Below are positions 54,746 through 64,000 of a stretch of DNA of 64,000 nt, piece by piece. Every line of letters starts with the position of its first letter. Within the stretch, counting starts at the first letter, position 1. Made by a program: the position numbers and the translations under genes. The notes under the pieces are model-generated. The model saw only the letters and a list, made by a program, of their open reading frames with translations. It did no database searches and had not been told where the DNA came from. Origin of the DNA: Octopus vulgaris (Eukaryota); contig OX597819.1 of NCBI GenBank assembly GCA_951406725.2, positions 20,150,001 to 20,214,000 on the forward strand, given 5' to 3'.

Positions 54746-57590
54746 CACGTTATATACACATTCATTTGCGTGTTACATGAAAATAATTGCTCGGCCTAAT
54801 CTATCAAACAGTGTTCTATTGCTCACAAAATAATGTAATGCTTCGGTAAGTTGTATGCTGATTATATAAGCATCTTTTTAAATGCGATGCTTAGAAAATG
54901 CTGATAATGTGTTAATTAATCACTTATGTATCTTCACCTGAGGCCTTCATTGTCACAAAGTGATGTACGTAAAGAGGTCTATATTTTCTTTGTAATTATA
55001 TTGTCATCGATTAGGTGTTAGAGAGTTATTCACGTGTGTACGGCAGAATGATGGAAGATAAAGTCTTAAACGTTTTGATAAGCATACATCGACCATAGAT
55101 TGTCTAAGTCTACCCTTAAGTCTAAAGTCTACGGAAGACTGGATGTATGAAATATATGCATTTCTATGATGCAAAGACGAATATATTTCTCCTGTAATGA
55201 TGGGTATTTGCCAGAGTCAAGTTGAACTCAATTAACCAACTGTTAAGAGATGACACCATACTCGAACCAATTCCTTTTGGAGATACAGCAATGTAAACTA
55301 AAAATTAAAAATTTATGGGAGTTAAAACGTATGGGAAGGTTTATACAGGAGCATAATACAAGTGTGGATTCTAGCCTTGATCTTGGAGGCAGGGGCCAAA
55401 CTGTAACAGGTATATTGTGTCACATGGACATGGACCAAAGAGGTCAGGTCTTGGATTTAAACATGTAGCGGTGACTAAGGAACTTTTCCTGATGAGCCAT
55501 CTTTCCATGTTATAAAGACCGCACTTGCTACTACCGTTGGTATAAGGGTTACACTTTGCTACGATATTCCAGTAAATACTGTAGTTGACATCTAGTTATT
55601 TTAAGAATAACATATAACTGAACTCTTCATTTTTTTCCGTTCTCTCTCAATTTTTTCCGTTTATTCCTTTCTATCGAAGAGTGTACGCTCAGAATATAGT
55701 AAAGTTTTTCATTTTCCTCGAGCGTTAAACTGATATACCTGCTTAATGTTCTTACACCTGCCTTAGTCTTTCGTTTGTTTCATAAATTTGAACTATATAT
55801 TATACGCTCAAGTGGTGATCACAGTTATTTTTTTTTCTTTCCTGCATGCCTAATTATAAATCCTTCCTCGTTTACCACAGCCTGAAAAAAAAAGCACCTT
55901 ACTACACTTTCTTTTTGCTGCTTTCAATCTTCCATTAATCTTTCTCAAATTATTTTTCAAAAAACACGCCTCTGTAATCTCGTTTCTTTCTCCGTAGCTG
56001 ACCTCACCACTACCTCATCTCCAAAGGTCCCCTCCTCCATTTCCATCCTACTTCCATTCTGCCTCTGCCACAATTCCCTACCGCGTAATGCCTACCACCG
56101 TTCGTTCTAATCTCTCCACAGTGCACACCCTAGACGCCTTTTACCTTTCGCTTATTCGAGCATTTTCGCACATTCCACCTTACTCTTCATCCTCCATGTA
56201 AAGCAAATTTTCCTTGACCTTTTCGCTCGCATCCGATTTTCCATGAAATTCATCCCGTCCCACCTGATACCACAATACACTCCCCATCCTCCTCGATCCA
56301 CTCCCCTGCAACTTCATTCCCACCCTTCCGTTACTCCAACTCTCCCATACACCACTTGCTCCCCTCTCTCCTTTCAGTACATGGGCGTCTTTAAAGCGTG
56401 GATACAAACGCCAATGTGGGACACACCGTTCCATGCTTGACTCGTATCATTGCGAATTTTGGCCGGGAAGGATATATGCGAAAAATAGTCGATTTTATAA
56501 GATCCTCGAGTATATTGAAAATTTTCGGTCATGAACTTTTTAAGTAATAAATGTCTGTTTAAGCAATGTTTTGACTGTTATTTCTAGCAACTGCAGTTTG
56601 TTTGCTCGAAGGTTTTAAATAATTAATTTGCTCGCGTTTATGTTTTAATGTCTTTCACCGTTATCTATAATGTTTTGACATGCCTACGCCAACTTCTCTC
56701 TACTATGACAGATGAGGAAAAACGCAGCGAACGTCATGTTTTCTGACGGCCAGAAAAATCTGAAAATGATCAAATTTGCAACTCCTGTATCATTTTCGCA
56801 AAATTTTTGTGGAATAAATTAATAACTAATTCGGATTCAAGGTCGTGAATTACACCTATGTGCTACATTAAAACACATTTTTTTATAAAGATTTCGACAT
56901 GCTGTGACTCAAACCGCAAATATCCCTATATACATACCACACTCATACAGTCATATATAAAATCTGTGAATGAGTGTATGCGTCTGAGTGTATATGTGTC
57001 TATTTGTGTGTATAATAAATATAAAAAATATTAACAGGCAAGGCTTCATTCTGTCCACATGCTACAGAATAATATCTGAGCCATGACCTCTTGTGAATAG
57101 AGAACAAATATGGATACGTTATACATTTGGTGCTATTTGTTGTGCCAATTTCTACGTTTCTGTTGCACTAAGTCACCTTGTTTTCTGGCTGCAGCCTTGC
57201 TTTTCAAGATCGTATATATTTGCAGCCATATTCCATTCTTGCTTCGGTGCATACCGCAATCTTCTTTGTTATATTTCTTTCAACTGTCCTCTTCATAATG
57301 CACTCAATATCTCTTCAAATATCTTTCTACCGTTTTCCGACTCCTCTCTCTAAGACAATATTTTTGTATTATTTGTATTTTTTTTTATTTTTTCTGTCAC
57401 GCATCTGGGTCATGTTAAATATTTCAGTAGATTTGAAATATTGGTTTTAAATTTTGGTACAAGGCCAGCAAATACGTGTGAAGGGGTAAGTCGATCGCAT
57501 GGAATCTACTGCTGAACTGGTATTATATATATATATACGTTTAAATATTTGTTGTGCAAGATTTTTTAGGTGAAGTCGTGTGTTGAAACA

Positions 57591-58057
57591 TATATTATTA
57601 TATTTAGGAATGGTCATATTGCCAGTTTAGCCAATAAAAACACACGCACTATATATTTGGTGTTATTTTGCTTCAGTGATATTTATTTCTTACATTAATC
57701 TTAATCTTATTTCGGCCAAATTACAAGAATGTATATAACCAGAAGATACAAATATTACAGGCATCTCCCCCACACACACACTAAATAAACATAGACGCAC
57801 ATAGAGATATAAGCATGCGCAAATGAAGACATACAATAGAAATACAAAATGGCTGACGGTTAGTAAGGAGAGACACAAGTAAGTGAGAAGAAAACAAAGG
57901 ACCACTGATGCGGTCACAGGAGTGTGACGAAAGAACTTTGGCCGAAATAAGATTAAGATTAATGTAAGAAATAAATATCACTGAAGCAAAATAACACCAA
58001 ATATATAGTGCGTGTGTTTTTATTGGCTAAACTGGCAATATGACCATTCCTAAATAT

Positions 58058-58066
<9 letters not shown>
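57591..58066 (+). mobile_element. Fold-back insert with 130-bp arms and an HHR-like motif, abutting (TA)n
   Basis: Arms 57591-57720 and 57937-58066 (1 mismatch). Confidence 0.8.
57902..57941 (+). ncRNA. Hammerhead-like motif (core A9>C)
   Basis: cca-CTGATGC-g-gtcac-aggagt-gtgac-GAAAG-aa-CTT-tgg. Confidence 0.5.
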
Positions 58067-58130
<64 letters not shown>

Positions 58131-58133
58131 CAC

Positions 58134-58180
<47 letters not shown>

Positions 58181-58247
58181 CATATATATATATACATATA
58201 AATATATATATATGTATATATATATACATATATATATATACATATAC

Positions 58248-58290
<43 letters not shown>

Positions 58291-58293
<3 letters not shown>

Positions 58294-58477
58294 AAAAAAG
58301 CAACAAGAATGGATTAAAATCTCGGTACGATTTTAATCCATTCTTGTTGCTTTTTTCGTATTTGTAATCACCCCACTTGTCGTATGGTTAACACCATATA
58401 GATTTCCGGTGCATCCTAGTTAAGGACCATATTCATGTGAATTCTTTATAATTCACTTGAATCTCAATTACTTAACC

Positions 58478-58480
<3 letters not shown>
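58291..58480. mobile_element. Short insert in (TA)n beginning with a perfect hairpin of 29-bp arms
   Basis: gaaaaaagcaacaagaatggattaaaatc-tcggtac-gattttaatccattcttgttgcttttttc at 58293-58357. Confidence 0.65.
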
Positions 58481-58548
<68 letters not shown>

Positions 58549-58549
58549 C

Positions 58550-58641
<92 letters not shown>

Positions 58642-59239
58642 ATATATTTCGTATGCGGTCGATTTCATTTAATAACATTTGTATTTTAATAGGCAGATAT
58701 TTCCATCAAGATGAATGCCAAAATCGACCTCAGCATTCTGCCCGTCGATGTCAGATACAAAAGTACGGTTTATAGTCATATCAGATTTTAACATCTTCCT
58801 TTACCTTTTTCCATTCGTAACTTAAATCATAGTAGAATAAGGAAATAGGCTAGTGACACATAAAAAAAAAAACTGATTATGGAAATACTTTCAATGAATA
58901 TGCACAGCCGAAAATTTTGGATTTCATAAGCAACTGCAGAGACTCCGAGCATCAGAAAAACGTTTCAGTCATTTTAACAAATTATGCTGTCTCCGCTTCC
59001 TTTCGTATTGTTTTGGACACACACACACACAAACACAAACGCACACACGCATATGTATGTATCGCATATTTCTGCTAAATATATTTGTATTTTGTTTCGG
59101 AACACACATATCTCTCCTTTCAAAATATTTGGAAAATGTATCATATCTATTTCACAAAACCTTCAATATATAACATTTTGAATAACAAAAGTATTTTGTT
59201 GCCGTTTATTCGACAGTCTCTATGGAATATCCCCTTACT

Positions 59240-59454
59240 GTTTACTCTTTTACTCTTTTACTTGTTTCAGTCAATTGACTGCGGCCATGCTGGAGCACCA
59301 CCTTTAATCAAGCAACTCGACACCGGGACTTATTCTTTTTGTAAGCCCAGTACTTATTCTATCGGTCTATTTTGCCGAACCGCTAGATAACGGGGACATA
59401 AACACACCAGCATCGGTTGTCAAGAAATGCTAGGGGACAAACACAGACACACAG

Positions 59455-59490
<36 letters not shown>

Positions 59491-59501
59491 CATTGGCAAA
59501 C

Positions 59502-59548
<47 letters not shown>

Positions 59549-59709
59549 ACGGGCTTCTTTCAGTTTCCGTCTACCAAATCCACTCACAAGGCTTTGGTCG
59601 GCCCGAGGCTATAGTAGAAGACACGTGCCCAAGGTGCCACGCAGTGGGACTGAACGCGGAACCATGTGGTTGGTGGACGAGCTACTTACAACACAGCCAC
59701 TCCTGCGCC
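59240..59709 (-). mobile_element. Full-length family C SINE with internal microsatellite
   Basis: Head ggcgcaggagtggctgtg..gttcagtccc; CORE-like accttgggca.gt; tail ends in gagtaaaa repeats. Confidence 0.85.
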
Positions 59710-60739
59710 TATAATAATTGCTAACTATAATTATTTTTATTTTATTCTATGGGTCCAAACATTTGGGCGTTCGAGAATATAATTTAATGCACACCGTTAT
59801 GTGTCTCAAAATTTTAGGTTCAAATTCCACGAATACCAACTTAATATTTCATCCTTACGTGAACAATATTATGAATCAGATGTTAAATACTGGAGTTGAT
59901 ACTATCGACTATCTTCTGTCCGTGTCATAGATTGTATGCTTATCTAAGGAACAATTTTTATTTACATAATTGGACTGGCAGACTCCTCCAAAATCGGACA
60001 GAATGCTTTACCGTAGATAATGAAGACAATACATCTTCTGATTTTAGGATTTCGTGAGCTCGAATTTGCATTCAACATTCCAGATTTGACAAATAAACAT
60101 AGAAGTCAAGCACTGGTTTCGATATTATTGAACGTTTGTCAGCACCTTCCAAAATATCTATCGTGTGTCTTTTACAGAAACAATTATTCTTGATTTCTAT
60201 GTTCAAATCTATAAATTATCATAGAAGAGAAGCTGCTACCATTATCATGGCCGCTAGTGGTTGGACTGAACCGGATTGGCATATAGAATGACGTCTGGTA
60301 TTTCGTTAAGTGTGTTTTATTTTTAATTTTTCGTTTTAATTGAAACAATGACAGTACCTATTCGTTCTTTTACCATCCTGGATTGATAAAATAACTGAAA
60401 GAAGCCTGATGATCAATGATAAAACATCCCGGTGCACCCTGCCCTTTTAAGATCAATAATTACTTTTCCAAATATAACCGCGATTTTGAAACATAAGGGT
60501 ATGGTTTGAGGGTGTTTAGCTGTTACCTCCAGCGAGTCGAGTGTTCCCGAAGTTTCTCCATCATTGGCAAACATAAGTACCAGATTTAAGTCGATTAATA
60601 ATCGGCAATACTATGCTCCAAAATTGTTAAGCCCTCTACCGAAGTTAGAAATCAATACTAAGTGATGCCAGACAATATTCAAACCCACATACAACGCTGT
60701 ACACAAGCAGCCACCCACACACTCATGCCCCACTGAGCA

Positions 60740-60790
<51 letters not shown>

Positions 60791-61566
60791 ACATCATCAA
60801 GAATATACACACTCACACACATATGGCATGATTGAACATGCAAAATTAAAATACTTTATTCTATTTTTTTCTCGCCGGCCTAAAGTTAGTACATGCACAC
60901 AATGTCACATATAAAGATCGTTTCAGTAGTTCTATTTCCAAAAAAGCCTGCATCTTATCTGAGGCTTGGCAAGAGAACAAGCTGCATTGAATTCTATTGT
61001 TCCTTTGTTATGCTTCGAGAAAATTCTATTAATCGATAATTTATAATTAAAATCATTGTTTTTGACCACCGATCATATAATGGTTTTTAATTAGCGCGTT
61101 GTTGATGTTTCGGCACCTAAATAGTTCTTTAAAAAGTTCGTTTTCTTAATAAATTCCACAACAAAATTCTTTATTTTAGAGTCTTTATTTCTGTGTCAGT
61201 TATTATTTCTTAATTCAAACTGGAAATTGCAACTGATAAAATCGATATTTTACCGATATTCAGAGACTGGCTCCCCCATTTAAAATGATTCCAAACTACA
61301 TATTGATATATGCAGTTTTCTAAAAATTATTCTCTCACAAAATACTGCTTCTTATATGCAAATGTGCCAATTTTTACCAACTTGTAATTATATAGCAAAA
61401 ATATTTCATTCTCTTATTATTAGATAAATAACTGAAATTTCAAACGTACACAATATATCGAATCACATATGTGGTCTGCCATGTGGTTACATACCCCCGC
61501 ATTCTGCATACATCACTGTATTTCTTTTCTCTCTCTTCTCCTCTCTCTCTCCCTCTCTTTCTCTCT

Positions 61567-62085
<519 letters not shown>

Positions 62086-63108
62086 ACATACTTATATAAG
62101 TATATATATGCATATTTTAAAGTCTTTGATAAAACAAGCATCATAACTGATTCAGTATATGAATATGTATTCTTGAATGTATCGCTTTCCTATTCCAATC
62201 TTTGCGCATTTGATTTTACTTCTATTATGAGCTCTTCTCTAGCTCAATGACACGACTAGAAATCTATAACGAAAGACATTAAGAATTTTTATATGTTATC
62301 TTCCTTTGTTAAAATACTAAATATTTTGGGGTACAGTTTATGAAATGCAGTTCTCTTTTTTGAGACGATAGGTTGAGATTTCAGGAAGACTTCACTGAAG
62401 ATTTTATTTGATCAAAAACCTAAACCGTTACTTGTCTAAATCACGTTTTCCTACGTATTTTGAAAACATTTTCTCAGAATACTTAAGTATGTTGCCAAAA
62501 TATGCGTCGCAGTTGCTAAAAAATTAACAAAACCCAGACACCTACGTCCAAAGGAAGAGCAGTGAAGTGAAACCGTGTTTTCTTGCAAAAGGGCGATAAA
62601 TACGTTTTGAATGTATGGTAGGTAGCCATTGACTTGCAGTATAAATACTTGAAAACATTATGCTGGGCATTGCATCATGATTGTGTTTGTTTCAATGTTA
62701 CATTAAACTACATGTTATCCTAAAATGAATTCATGTGTTGAAATTCTACACGTGTTGTGAATATGTTCGTGACTATACATAACAAATACACTCATTTTTC
62801 AGTAGAAATAAAACTTTATTATGAATAATGGATGTTATTCCGGAATGGAAATATATAATTTTTTTATAATCACATTATTATATATCATTCTCTATATACG
62901 AATCCTGTTATACTAGTTAGCAATAGTTACAAACAAGCATTGCCTTTGGAAGGACGAATACATCACTCTCTAGTGAGTTTTCATCTAACTTATGAAATAC
63001 ACACATGTAAACATTTCTGTTATCGACCTGTTATTTATAGTTTTACATTAGCCATCTTATCCTTTCCTTATAGCAACGAAGTGCAATTTAGAGGATAATT
63101 AACAGTTA

Positions 63109-63870
63109 TACGAGGTGGTATCAAAAATTTCCCAAACTAGTTCTATATGCACAAACACAGCACCATTTGGTTACTGTCAACAAACGGTTGATGGCAGCGC
63201 AGTGAGAGCTAGCAGTGTACCGTGTGACATTGCGGAGTTGACTTCGCAAACTGTAAAATCTGCGTTCTTCTGATCACATATATGCTATAGCCTGCCATTT
63301 TGTCCTGGACAAAAAGTTGGAACTAAGAGCCAACGTGAAATTTTGCGTTAAACCTGGTAAGTCTGCTACAGAGACATTAAGCATGCTGTGGCAAAAGTAC
63401 GGCTTCGAGGCAATAAATCGTACGCATGATTTCGGGTGGCACGACATTTCAAAAGCGGAAGAACGCCTTTAGAAAACGATGTGCATTCAGGAAGACCTGC
63501 TATGAACGTGTGGGAAAAATTAATCACTTTGTGCATGAGGATCGTTGGAGAGCAACGAACAAATTTTTTGGTTTTTCGTATGAGTCCGTGCAGGAAATCC
63601 TCACAACTGGATTCTTCTCAAGGACACCTTGCCACCGAACTCTACTCATTTAGCAGTTTCTCGCAAAAGGCATGGTATCGATTCCGCATCCGCCCTACTA
63701 ACCAGATTTGGCACCTGCGGACTTTCATCTCTTCCTTAAGATTAAAAGGTAGTTCAAAGGTCGCCGTTTTAACACCGTTGTGGAGATGAATAACGAGTCG
63801 CAGAAATTCCTCTACTCGCTTATGGAAAACGACGTCTAGACCGGATTCCAAGAGTGTCATGAACAGTGTT
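63109..63870 (+). mobile_element. Decayed, internally deleted mariner
   Basis: TIR-like tacgaggtggtatcaaaaa; ELRANVKFCVKPGKSATETLSML..HFKSGRTPLENDVHSGRP; PHPPY*PDLAPADFHLF. Confidence 0.8.
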
Positions 63871-64000
63871 ATCGTTCTCACTATAACCCTGGAAATGATT
63901 GTTAACTCTTCACACGTAAAAAGGTCCTGTTTCGTTCACATGAAAAGCAGTGGGTGCAGTGATGTCAAAATGTCAGCCATCTGCAAGTAGACGGAGAAGC

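Noticed and set aside
55665-55705. Decayed HHR-like segments here and at about 56705-56735
   Set aside because: Multiple core mismatches; cannot be distinguished from chance.
55930-56440. C-rich strand-skewed segment, possibly an old retroelement ORF
   Set aside because: No identifiable protein motif.

Overview
AT-rich, microsatellite-dense eukaryotic DNA. The SINE families look like those of Octopus (my inference from sequence recognition; no search was run). I cannot support any host protein-coding gene. Almost all ORFs in the track come from (TA)n, (CA)n or trinucleotide repeats, or from decayed transposons. Recognisable content: several tRNA-derived SINE families, including a 5-copy tandem array; a near-complete mariner (45981-47186) plus other mariner/maT remnants; RTE and R4/Dong-like non-LTR remnants; and three decayed Penelope-like element (PLE) coding remnants. 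The most striking signal is a set of short non-coding inserts (about 0.2-1.3 kb) from different sequence families, mostly inside (TA)n tracts. They carry minimal type I hammerhead ribozyme (HHR) motifs, several with a palindromic stem III, and form fold-backs and/or partial tandem repeats (454-bp and 549-bp monomers). One has a tRNA-like Pol III head. Together they suggest a retrozyme-like, PLE-mobilised ribozyme element system. Ribozyme folds were checked by eye only.
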